DNA from: an uncultured Muribaculaceae bacterium
GTDB lineage: Bacteria > Bacillota_I > Bacilli_A > RF39 > UBA660
Assembly (NCBI GenBank): GCA_964548815.1
Contig: CAZJSD010000002.1
Location: 1 to 63,039 of the forward strand
Length of the DNA: 63,039 nt
Direction: 5' to 3'
Positions within the stretch are counted from its first letter, which is position 1. Each line of letters begins with the position of its first letter. Positions 28,269-36,831 of this stretch are shown here, piece by piece. The notes below the pieces were generated by a model. It worked only from the letters and a program-made list of their open reading frames with translations. It had not been told where the DNA came from and did no database searches. Both the position numbers and the translations under genes were made by a program.

Positions 28269-30683
28269 TTATTTTATTACGAAACTAACTAATTTTTTAG
28301 GAACAACTATTTCTTTTATTATTTCGTGTCCTTCTAAATAATTCTTAACATTATCTATTTCTTTAGCTTTTTCTTTCATTTCTTCTTCTGTAACAGAATC
28401 ATCTACTACTATTTTTCCTCTTACTTTTCCATTTACTTGAACAACCATTTCAAATGTATCTTCCACTAATTTAGATTCATCACATTTTGGCCATTCTTCA
28501 TAAGAAATAGTATTATCATGTCCTAATTTATTCCATATTTCTTCCGTTACAAATGGTGCGATTGGATTTAATAACTTTAAAAATCCTTCTGCGTATTCTT
28601 TAGGGAATACTTCTTCTTTTTGAACTGCATTTAAGAAAATCATTAACTGAGATATAGCTGTATTAAATGATAATTTTTCATAATCTTCAGTTACTTTCTT
28701 AATAGTTTGATTATAGATTTTTTCTAAGTTTTTATTTTCTTTATCTTGAATCTTAGATTCTTCAATAAACATTCTATATACTTTATCTATAAATTTCTTT
28801 GCACCATTTACGCCTTCTTCGCTCCAAGGTTTTTCAGCTTCTAATGGTCCCATAAACATTTCATATAATCTTAAAGTATCTGCACCATATGTATTTGCGA
28901 CATCCATTGGATCTACTGCATATTCTGGATATCTTTTTCCCATCTTTAATCCATTTGAACCAAGAATCATTCCTTGGTGAACTAATTTAGTAAATGGTTC
29001 TTGAACACCCACTAATTTTTTATCATATAAATATTCATTCCACATTCTTGCATATAACAAATGTCCAACTGCATGTTCTGGACCACCAACATATAAATCT
29101 ACTGGCATCCAATGATCTATTAATTCTTTTCTAGCAAATTCATTATCATTCTTTGGATCAATATATCTTAAGAAATACCAAGAAGAAGCTGCTGAACCAG
29201 GCATTGTAGAAGTTTCTCTAACTCCTTTTTTACCATTAATAGTTACATTCTTCCATTCAGTCGCACTCTCAAGTGGTGCTTTTCCATTTCTTCCTTTATA
29301 ATCAGAAAGTTCTGGTAAAACTAATGGTAACTCGCTGTCATCTAAAGCCTCTTGAGTACCATCTTCAAAATTAACTATAGGAATTGGTTCACCCCAATAT
29401 CTTTGTCTAGCAAATATCCATTCTCTTATTCTATAATTTGTTTGTTCTCTTCCTTTACCCATCTTAACTAGTTTTTCAGTAATTGCTTTTTTAGCTTCTT
29501 CAACAGTTAAACCAGTAAATTCTTCACTATTAATTAATTTACATCCTTTTCCTAAGTAATCTTGTTTTTCAAAAGCGCAAGTATCAGTTTCTCTTCCATC
29601 AATTACTTGAATCATTGGAATATCATATTTAACTGCATATTCATAATCTCTTTGATCATGAGATGGTACTGCCATAACTGCTCCTGTACCATAACTAGCT
29701 AAAACAAAGTCTCCTAAATAAATAGGTACTTCTTTATTATTAACAGGATTAATTGCCATTACTCCTTCTAATTTAACACCTGATTTATCTTTATTCATTT
29801 CAGTTCTATCAAAATCAGACTTTTTAGCTGTTTCTTCTCTATATTTTTCTACTTCATCAAAATTAGTTATTCTTGTCTTTAATTCATCAACTAATTTACT
29901 TTCAGGCGCAAGTACCATAAATGTAATACCATATATAGTTTCAATACATGTAGTATAAATAGAAAATTTCCCTCCGCCTACTATATCAAAATCTACTTCT
30001 ACACCAGTACTTTTTCCTATCCAGTTTCTTTGCATCTCTTTAGTTGATTCTGGCCAGTCTAATTCATCTAATCCAGATAGTAATTTTTCAGCATATTTAG
30101 GCATATCAATAACCCATTGTTTCATATTTTTTCTAACAACAGGATATCCTCCTCTTTCACTTTTACCATCAATTACTTCATCGTTAGCAAGTACTGTTCC
30201 TAATTCTTCACACCAGTTAACAGGCATATCTATTTGTTTCGCAAGTCCATCTTCATACAATCTTTTAAAAATCCATTGAGTCCATTTATAATAAGATGGT
30301 TCATGAGAAGATATACATCTATCCCAATCAAATGATAAACCAATTGATTTTAATTGTTTAGTAAAATACTCTATATTCTTTTGTGTAAAGCCATCAGGAT
30401 GTTTACCAGTCTTAATCGCAAATTGTTCAGCTGGTAATCCAAATGAATCATATCCAATTGGATGAAGAACATTATATCCTTGCATTCTTTTCATTCTTGA
30501 CACAATATCTGTTGCGGTATAACCTTCAACATGCCCTGCATGTAAACCTACTCCTGATGGATAAGGAAACATGTCTAAAGCATAATACTTAGGCTTACTA
30601 AAGTCTTCTACATCCGTCTTAAATGTTTTATTTTTATCCCAATATTCTATCCATTTCTTTTCTACTTCTTTAAAATTATACAT
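28269..30683 (-). CDS. leuS: Leucine--tRNA ligase
   Basis: About 804 aa with a HIGH-region variant (GLHAGHVEGY), KMGKR (KMSKS-type) motif and typical LeuS N-terminus YNFKEVEKKW. The start is placed at ATG 30683 (AGGAAG SD); the ORF track begins at a GTG at 30689. Confidence 0.9.
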   Translation of the reverse strand: MYNFKEVEKKWIEYWDKNKTFKTDVEDFSKPKYYALDMFPYPSGVGLHAGHVEGYTATDIVSRMKRMQGYNVLHPIGYDSFGLPAEQFAIKTGKHPDGFTQKNIEYFTKQLKSIGLSFDWDRCISSHEPSYYKWTQWIFKRLYEDGLAKQIDMPVNWCEELGTVLANDEVIDGKSERGGYPVVRKNMKQWVIDMPKYAEKLLSGLDELDWPESTKEMQRNWIGKSTGVEVDFDIVGGGKFSIYTTCIETIYGITFMVLAPESKLVDELKTRITNFDEVEKYREETAKKSDFDRTEMNKDKSGVKLEGVMAINPVNNKEVPIYLGDFVLASYGTGAVMAVPSHDQRDYEYAVKYDIPMIQVIDGRETDTCAFEKQDYLGKGCKLINSEEFTGLTVEEAKKAITEKLVKMGKGREQTNYRIREWIFARQRYWGEPIPIVNFEDGTQEALDDSELPLVLPELSDYKGRNGKAPLESATEWKNVTINGKKGVRETSTMPGSAASSWYFLRYIDPKNDNEFARKELIDHWMPVDLYVGGPEHAVGHLLYARMWNEYLYDKKLVGVQEPFTKLVHQGMILGSNGLKMGKRYPEYAVDPMDVANTYGADTLRLYEMFMGPLEAEKPWSEEGVNGAKKFIDKVYRMFIEESKIQDKENKNLEKIYNQTIKKVTEDYEKLSFNTAISQLMIFLNAVQKEEVFPKEYAEGFLKLLNPIAPFVTEEIWNKLGHDNTISYEEWPKCDESKLVEDTFEMVVQVNGKVRGKIVVDDSVTEEEMKEKAKEIDNVKNYLEGHEIIKEIVVPKKLVSFVIK

Positions 30684-31053
30684 TTTCACTCTTCCTTTCT
30701 AAATGTTTTAAATACTTCGCTATAAAATAATATACAACCCAAATCGTTGGTAGTATTAATATAACTAATACAACTATTTTTAACCATACTTCTTTTATAT
30801 TAAAAACAATCATTACTAATCCTGCAAACATGAGCGCATTAAAGAAATTTAAAATTCTAAGTGTCCTAATCAAACCTATTTTTTCTATATCAATTTTATA
30901 ATATCCTTTTAATACTTCTATTTCAGCGGGATATTTTTTCTTCTTTGATTTTTTTCTTGCCCTAGATTGTGGGAAAACCACAAAAAGCATATAAATCAAA
31001 TAACCCACTATAAAATAAACAATAAAATATAAAAAATATTGCATAAAATTCAT
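30676..31053 (-). CDS. Small integral membrane protein of unknown function, first gene of the T-box/leuS operon
   Basis: 125 aa with 3 predicted TM helices and a K-rich loop (RARKKSKKKK). AGGAG lies 8 nt before the ATG. Its stop overlaps the leuS start by 8 nt. Confidence 0.65.
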   Translation of the reverse strand: MNFMQYFLYFIVYFIVGYLIYMLFVVFPQSRARKKSKKKKYPAEIEVLKGYYKIDIEKIGLIRTLRILNFFNALMFAGLVMIVFNIKEVWLKIVVLVILILPTIWVVYYFIAKYLKHLERKSENV

Positions 31054-31069
31054 AAACTCAACTCCTTTT

Positions 31070-31269
31070 TAAAGAAAAAAATTCCTATGATGTAAGGACT
31101 CTTATAAGCGGTACCACCTTACTTCATAGAAACTATGCACTTAAATCTTTATCGCAGATATGCGTTATTTGACTCCAAAACAAGTTCATAAATTCATTAT
31201 TATTAGCTTTCACCAACCACTAACTCTCTTTAAATAAATCCTTTATTACTACTTTTCTTCGCTGTCAAC
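31070..31269 (-). ncRNA. T-box leader (tRNA-Leu-responsive riboswitch, tentative specifier CUU)
   Basis: The minus strand contains the AAGGUGGUACCGC T-box sequence (31108..31120), an AGAGAG box, a GGUUGGUGAAAGC distal-loop-like segment, GAA-CUU-G in the expected specifier region, and a terminator ending in U7 (31074..31080). Confidence 0.8.
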
Positions 31270-31275
31270 AAATTA

Positions 31276-31304
31276 ATTATAATATATATTTATATTTAAT
31301 TCAA
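31276..31304 (-). promoter_or_regulatory. Sigma-A-type promoter for the T-box leader
   Basis: Minus strand TTGAAT-17 nt-TATAAT. The predicted TSS falls just before the leader. Confidence 0.5.
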
Positions 31305-31319
31305 TATTTATTTTAAAAA

Positions 31320-31328
31320 TGATATAAT
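31320..31328 (+). promoter_or_regulatory. Extended -10 promoter element for the radical SAM gene
   Basis: TGaTATAAT, 17 nt before the ATG at 31346, with GTAGGTGG as SD. Confidence 0.45.
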
Positions 31329-31345
31329 ACTTTGTAGGTGGTTTT

Positions 31346-32269
31346 ATGTTTAAGTATAGTTTAGATAATAAAAGATATTATACATTAAATTATTACTATC
31401 AAAAGAAATATGGATGTAAAGTATTTAAAGTTAGTTTAAATGCTGGTTTTACATGCCCTAATATTGATGGTACTAAAGGTGTTGGAGGCTGCTCTTATTG
31501 CCTAAATGGTTCTGGTGAAAAAGTAACTACAAATAACTTAGTAGATCAATTTGAGTCTATTAAAGAAGTAATGCTTAAAAAATGGCCTACTTCTAAATAT
31601 ATTGGTTATTTTCAAGCAAATACTAATACATATGCACCTCTTTCTGAACTAAAAGAAAAATATGAAACTATACTTAAACTAGATGGAGTTGTTGGTCTTA
31701 ATATCGCAACGAGACCAGATTCTATTACCCCTGAAGTCTATGACTATTTAGAAGAATTAAATAAGAAAACAGATTTAGTTATAGAATTAGGTCTACAAAC
31801 AATTAATGAAAAAACAGCCAAACTTATTAATAGATGTTCTACTCTAGATGAATTTGAAAACTGTTTAGAAGAACTAAACAAAAGAAATATAGATGTAGTT
31901 GTGCATATTATTAATGGTTTACCTTATGAAACTAAAGAAGATATGATTAACACTGTTAAATATTTATCACATAAAAAAATACTAGGTATTAAAATACATA
32001 TGCTTCATATTCTAAAAGATACAAATATGTTTAAACAGTACCTAAAAAATCCTTGGCATATACTTTCAAGAGAAGAATACGTTGATATAGTATGTGATCA
32101 GTTAGAATATTTAAGAGAAGACATAGTTATAAACAGAATAACTGGTGATCCTATTAAAGAAGAATTAGTTGAGCCTGAATGGCTTATAAAAAAATTTGGA
32201 GTATTAAATGAAATTGATAAAGAAATGGTAAAAAGGGATTCTTATCAAGGAATTAAATATAGAGATTAA
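31346..32269 (+). CDS. TIGR01212-type radical SAM protein
   Basis: CPNIDGTKGVGGCSYC cluster and overall YtqA-like layout. 307 aa. Confidence 0.75.
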   Translation: MFKYSLDNKRYYTLNYYYQKKYGCKVFKVSLNAGFTCPNIDGTKGVGGCSYCLNGSGEKVTTNNLVDQFESIKEVMLKKWPTSKYIGYFQANTNTYAPLSELKEKYETILKLDGVVGLNIATRPDSITPEVYDYLEELNKKTDLVIELGLQTINEKTAKLINRCSTLDEFENCLEELNKRNIDVVVHIINGLPYETKEDMINTVKYLSHKKILGIKIHMLHILKDTNMFKQYLKNPWHILSREEYVDIVCDQLEYLREDIVINRITGDPIKEELVEPEWLIKKFGVLNEIDKEMVKRDSYQGIKYRD

Positions 32270-32272
32270 TCT

Positions 32273-32998
32273 CTATATTTTTATTATTAAAAACATAAAT
32301 ATCATTCCAATTATAAAGAATATATTTAATAATTTGTTTTCTTTATATTTTTTTGCTTCTTTTATTAAATCAAATAAAGATAAATATATCATAATTCCGC
32401 ATACTAGCGAAAATAATATACCAATAATCATTTTATTATTTAAATCTTTAAAAAATATAAATGCAAGCAAAGCTCCAAAAGGTTCTGATAAAGCTGCGAT
32501 AAGAGTATAAAAAAATGCTTTTAATCTACTATTAGTACTATAATAAATAGGAACACTAATACTTATCCCCTCCGGTATATTATGTAGAGCTATTGCTAAT
32601 GCTAAAGATAATCCTAATTTATAATCAATAGATGTCATCATATAGGTTAATATCCCTTCTGGTATATTATGAATAATAATCGCAACTAATGATAATACCC
32701 CTACCTTTTCTAACTCATTATCAGTCTTTAAATTATTATTTATTATTCTAATAATAAAAATACCAACAAAAAATAATACTAAAAAAACTATTAAACCAAG
32801 AATAATTCCAAATATTTTATTAAATATTTTTAATGATTCAACTAATAGATCAAATGTAGATATGGAAAACATTACTCCACTTGCAAACGACAAAGAACAT
32901 ACTATAATCTTTTTTATATTTTTATAATTAATAAAAATAGGAATTATCCCAATTAATGTACTAAATCCTGAAATAATAGTAAGAAATAAACCATTCAA
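32273..32998 (-). CDS. ZIP family metal (zinc) transporter
   Basis: 241 aa with 7-8 TM helices and two HNIPEG motifs. Confidence 0.8.
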   Translation of the reverse strand: MNGLFLTIISGFSTLIGIIPIFINYKNIKKIIVCSLSFASGVMFSISTFDLLVESLKIFNKIFGIILGLIVFLVLFFVGIFIIRIINNNLKTDNELEKVGVLSLVAIIIHNIPEGILTYMMTSIDYKLGLSLALAIALHNIPEGISISVPIYYSTNSRLKAFFYTLIAALSEPFGALLAFIFFKDLNNKMIIGILFSLVCGIMIYLSLFDLIKEAKKYKENKLLNIFFIIGMIFMFLIIKI

Positions 32999-33033
32999 AA
33001 AAAATCACCCATTTATTTATATGAAAAAAAGAA

Positions 33034-33804
33034 CTATTTTAGTTCTTTAAAAGCTTCATTAATAACATTATCTATATTTATCTCTTTTTTATTTTCTTTT
33101 TTAAAACAACCTAGATATTCAATATTTCCTGAACCACCTGTTATTGGTGAATAAGTAATATTTTGAATATTATAACCTATATCACTAAATGATTTTAATA
33201 CTTTTTCTATTACTTCTTTATGTACCTCTTTATTAAGTGGTATACCTTTATACATATCAGATATATCTTTTCCACATTCAAATTGTGGTTTTATTAATAA
33301 AACTATTTCTTTAGGATCTATTTCTTTTAATTTACTTATTATTTTTGTAACTGATATAAAACTAATATCAATTGTTACCGTATCTATTATATCTGTTATG
33401 TTAAAATTCCTGATGTCGGTATTTTCATGTAGTTCTACTCTTGAATCTTTTTTTAAATTTTCATCAAATTGATTACTTCCTACATCTACTGCGATTACTT
33501 TTTTAATATTATTTCTAAGCGCTACATCAGAAAATCCTCCAGTACTTGATCCTATATCAAGCATTACTTTATTACTTAAATCTATATTAAATACTTCTAT
33601 TGCTTTTAATAATTTTAACGCACCTTTAGATACATAATCAAACTTATTATTAATAACTAATTCTGATTCATCAGATACTTTTGTACTAGGTTTAGTTATT
33701 ACTTTTCCATCTACTAGAACATTACCATTTTTTATTTCATATTCTCCTCTTGTTCTAGATATTACTAATCCTTTTTTTACTAAAAGAGAATCTAATCTAT
33801 CCAT
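33034..33804 (-). CDS. tlyA: TlyA family rRNA 2'-O-methyltransferase
   Basis: N-terminal S4-like RLDSLLVKKGL, SAM-binding DIGSSTGGFSD, 256 aa. Confidence 0.8.
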   Translation of the reverse strand: MDRLDSLLVKKGLVISRTRGEYEIKNGNVLVDGKVITKPSTKVSDESELVINNKFDYVSKGALKLLKAIEVFNIDLSNKVMLDIGSSTGGFSDVALRNNIKKVIAVDVGSNQFDENLKKDSRVELHENTDIRNFNITDIIDTVTIDISFISVTKIISKLKEIDPKEIVLLIKPQFECGKDISDMYKGIPLNKEVHKEVIEKVLKSFSDIGYNIQNITYSPITGGSGNIEYLGCFKKENKKEINIDNVINEAFKELK

Positions 33805-35293
33805 TATAAACCTCTTTTAGATAGTTAGATTCTTTAGCAAGACCAGGCATAGTTAATACATTACCCATATATAAAACTATATATCCTGCCCCATTATATA
33901 CTTTAATATCTGTAATAGTCATAGTAAAATCTTTAGGGAACCCTAATACTTTTTCATTATCTGTTATCGACATAGGAGTCTTACAAACACATATAGGTAA
34001 TCCTGGATGTAATCTATCAATTAATTCTATTTTTTTCTTAACTTCATCATTATAAACAATCTCTTTAGCAAAGAACATATCTTTAATTTTATTGATTTTT
34101 TCTTCTAATGAATCATTTAAATTATATATATCAAACTTTTTAGTATTTGGAGTTATATCTTTAATAGCGTTTGCAAGTTCTATGCATCCATCTTCTCCAT
34201 CAGAGTACATTCTAGATATACATAACTTAATATTCTTATTTTCTAAATATTCTCTTAAACTATTTATATCTTCATTTGTATCATCATCAAATTTATTTAA
34301 AGATACAATTAAATTATCAGTAAACTTACTCATATTTTCTATATGATAATCTAAGTTATCAAAACCACCATTATATTTAATTGCTCTCATAGTAACATTT
34401 AATACTACTGCATCCGGATATAATTCTCCTTTTCTTGAAAGTAGATCAAAGAACTTCATTCCTCCTGTATCTGTGCCAAATCCTGCTTCTGTAATAGTTA
34501 TATCAGATACTGACATAGCCATTTTTATTGATCTAATAGATGATGAACCATATGATATATTGGCAAATGGTCCAGTATGTACAATAACAGGATTATTATA
34601 TAAAGTAGATACTAAATTAGGTTTAAATGCATCTTCAAGTACATATAAAAGAGCATCTACTAGTTTTAAATCTTTAACATATATTTCTCTACCTTCTTTA
34701 GTATAACCTACTAATATATTACCTAAATTATTTCTTAAATCATTAATGGTTTCAGATAACCCTACAACAGACATTAATTCTGATGCTGGAGTTATTACAA
34801 AACTAGTTTCTTTACCATTAATTATTACTTTTCTAAGTGATCTATCATTAATATCTAAACATCTATTAAATGTTATAGTTTCTATACCAAGTTCATTTCC
34901 TTGAAATATATGATTATCAATTACTGCGCTTATTAAATTATTAGCGTATGTTATCGCATGAAAATCACCAGTAAAATTTAAATTAATTTTCTTTTCAGGA
35001 ACTATCTTTGCTTTTCCTCCTCCAATTGCGCCACCTTTCTTACCAAATACAGGTCCCATAGATGGTTCTCTTAAAACCCCTATAGTATTAATTCCAATCT
35101 TATTTAGAGAATCAACTAACCCAATTGTAGTAGTAGTTTTACCCTCACCAAATGGAGTTGGATTAATAGATGTTACTAAAACTAATTTACCTGATTTTTT
35201 ATTACTATAATCAATATTGATTTTTGCTATATCATTTCCATATAGTTCATATTCATTAATATTTAATTTATTTATAATATCTAATATCTTCAT
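33797..35293 (-). CDS. fhs: Formate--tetrahydrofolate ligase (short, divergent form)
   Basis: PTPFGEGKTTTTIGL P-loop signature and overall collinearity with FTHFS. The start is placed at the ATG (MKILDI) behind AGGGTGA; the GTG at 35302 is the alternative. Confidence 0.75.
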   Translation of the reverse strand: MKILDIINKLNINEYELYGNDIAKINIDYSNKKSGKLVLVTSINPTPFGEGKTTTTIGLVDSLNKIGINTIGVLREPSMGPVFGKKGGAIGGGKAKIVPEKKINLNFTGDFHAITYANNLISAVIDNHIFQGNELGIETITFNRCLDINDRSLRKVIINGKETSFVITPASELMSVVGLSETINDLRNNLGNILVGYTKEGREIYVKDLKLVDALLYVLEDAFKPNLVSTLYNNPVIVHTGPFANISYGSSSIRSIKMAMSVSDITITEAGFGTDTGGMKFFDLLSRKGELYPDAVVLNVTMRAIKYNGGFDNLDYHIENMSKFTDNLIVSLNKFDDDTNEDINSLREYLENKNIKLCISRMYSDGEDGCIELANAIKDITPNTKKFDIYNLNDSLEEKINKIKDMFFAKEIVYNDEVKKKIELIDRLHPGLPICVCKTPMSITDNEKVLGFPKDFTMTITDIKVYNGAGYIVLYMGNVLTMPGLAKESNYLKEVYNG

Positions 35294-35308
35294 ATTTCTC
35301 ACCCTTTC

Positions 35309-36142
35309 CTAATCAAATAGTTTTTCTATGACCAAATCTTTAGATTTTAAATCATTATTCTTTCTTAATAATAAGTTTTCATAAAATTTAATTAAAAAAC
35401 TGTTATCTTCTTCTATATTTAATTTTCTATTGAAGTAATTACTCCTAACTAAAGCATTTCTATAATAAACTGATTTATCTTCGAATAAAGAATTATCCAC
35501 ACTATATCCTAAACTAGTCAAATATTTTTCTATAAAAACAGCAGTTGTTCTTGTATTGCCTTCTCTAAATGGATGTACCTGCCATATTCTAGAAGAGAAC
35601 TCAGCTATACTATTTATTATATCTACTATATTCATTTTTTTATAATTCTTTTCTTTTTCTAAAGAAATATCATATTCTAATGATTCTTCTAAAGTATTAA
35701 AATCTCCATATGAAACAGAATCATTATTTAATATTTTTTCTGATTTTGAAAAATTAACATTTCTAAAATTACCCGCAAATTCATATACATCTTGAAATAA
35801 ATATTTATGAACATATTTTAGATAATCTACTGATAATTCAAACTTATCCTCATTTAATAATTCAACTATCCTTGTAGATACAAAATCACACTCTAATTCA
35901 TCTTCATTGATATCATTATTTTTTTCTTTATAGTATTTATTTAACTCTTTTTGAACTTCTTCTATATTGATATTATCTTTTATATATTTTTCTTTTAGTT
36001 CTAAAAGATACTTAGAAGGCTTTAAATTATCTACTTCTTGAAGTCCAATAGCCATATCCCATTGTGTTTTTTTTAGATAAGTACTTGTTTTATAATCTTC
36101 TACATATTCATTAACACTAGAATCATAATTATATTCATCCAT
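35309..36142 (-). CDS. Fic/Fido domain protein with non-canonical active-site motif
   Basis: Contains HPFREGNTRTTA where the canonical motif is HxFx(D/E)GNGRxxR. The start is placed at MDEYNY (GGGGAGG SD 7 nt upstream); the ORF track's extension to 36214 runs through the promoter. Confidence 0.75.
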   Translation of the reverse strand: MDEYNYDSSVNEYVEDYKTSTYLKKTQWDMAIGLQEVDNLKPSKYLLELKEKYIKDNINIEEVQKELNKYYKEKNNDINEDELECDFVSTRIVELLNEDKFELSVDYLKYVHKYLFQDVYEFAGNFRNVNFSKSEKILNNDSVSYGDFNTLEESLEYDISLEKEKNYKKMNIVDIINSIAEFSSRIWQVHPFREGNTRTTAVFIEKYLTSLGYSVDNSLFEDKSVYYRNALVRSNYFNRKLNIEEDNSFLIKFYENLLLRKNNDLKSKDLVIEKLFD

Positions 36143-36165
36143 ATTAAGCCTCCCCACATATTTCA

Positions 36166-36193
36166 TTATAACATTATTATGTTTTTTTTCAAT
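36166..36193 (-). promoter_or_regulatory. Sigma-A-type promoter for the fic gene
   Basis: Minus strand TTGAAA-16 nt-TATAAT with TGt extended -10. Confidence 0.55.
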
Positions 36194-36197
36194 TTTA

Positions 36198-36218
36198 AAG
36201 TGCAAATTTTGCACTTTG
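36198..36218. promoter_or_regulatory. Perfect 10-1-10 palindrome AAAGTGCAAA-T-TTTGCACTTT between the divergent fic and spoVS genes (candidate operator)
   Basis: Read directly from the sequence. It lies 4 nt upstream of the fic -35 hexamer. Confidence 0.5.
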
Positions 36219-36281
36219 ACATTTTAGTAATAATTATTATTCATGGATAATATATTTTTATTAGAAAGAGAGGAAATAATT

Positions 36282-36542
36282 ATGGAAATAATCAAAGTGT
36301 CATCTAAATCAAATCCTAATTCAGTTGCAGGTGCTCTCGCAAATACATTAAGAGAAAAAAATGCGATAGAAATGCAGGCAATTGGTGCAGGAGCACTTAA
36401 TCAAGCTATTAAAGCAATTGCTATTGCAAGAGGTTTTGTCGCACCTTCTGGTAAAAATTTAGTATGTATTCCTGCATTTAGTAATATATTAATTGATAAT
36501 GAAGAAAAAACTGCGATTAAACTTATAGTAGAAGCTAGATAA
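36282..36542 (+). CDS. spoVS: Stage V sporulation protein S family protein
   Basis: 86 aa. MEIIKVSSKSNPNSVAGALA...AIGAGALNQAIKAIAIARGF is the highly conserved SpoVS sequence. A GAGAGGAAA SD precedes the ATG at 36282. Confidence 0.9.
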   Translation: MEIIKVSSKSNPNSVAGALANTLREKNAIEMQAIGAGALNQAIKAIAIARGFVAPSGKNLVCIPAFSNILIDNEEKTAIKLIVEAR

Positions 36543-36831
36543 GCTTCTTTTTTATTTCATCTATATCATCAAAATTAATTTTACAATTAGATATAGTTAT
36601 AATTCTATTAATAAAATTTATATATTTAATTTGACCTATAAAACTTATATATTCAAAATTATAAAAATATGATATTTCTACATTTTCTCCTATTCTAAAT
36701 CTTTTTAAAATTTTATCTATACTTTCTATATCAACATACTTATTTTCATGTTTTTCCTCTTCCCTTTTTATTGCTTCTTTTAAGCCACCTAAAGCATCAA
36801 AAGGCATAAATATTTTTGCTCTATTCTGCAT
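36535..36831 (-). CDS. yolD: YolD-like protein
   Basis: 98 aa with an MPFDALGGLKEAI motif. It overlaps the upstream Y-family polymerase gene by 11 nt, the usual yolD/uvrX-type pairing. Confidence 0.7.
   Translation of the reverse strand: MQNRAKIFMPFDALGGLKEAIKREEEKHENKYVDIESIDKILKRFRIGENVEISYFYNFEYISFIGQIKYINFINRIITISNCKINFDDIDEIKKKLI

Noticed and set aside
33797-35293. The formate-tetrahydrofolate ligase is about 50 residues shorter than the usual ~555 aa, which raised the question of a pseudogene.
   Set aside because: The ORF is uninterrupted, keeps the P-loop signature and is collinear end to end. It has translational overlap with tlyA. This is more likely a compact orthologue than a decayed gene.
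36143-36214. N-terminal 24-codon extension of the fic ORF.
   Set aside because: It runs through the predicted -35/-10 promoter and the palindrome. The internal ATG at 36142 has a strong GGGGAGG SD.
36216-36221. TTGACA hexamer on the plus strand upstream of spoVS as a possible -35.
   Set aside because: No acceptable -10 hexamer lies at 16-18 nt spacing. In Bacillus, spoVS is sigma-H dependent, so a sigma-A call is not justified.
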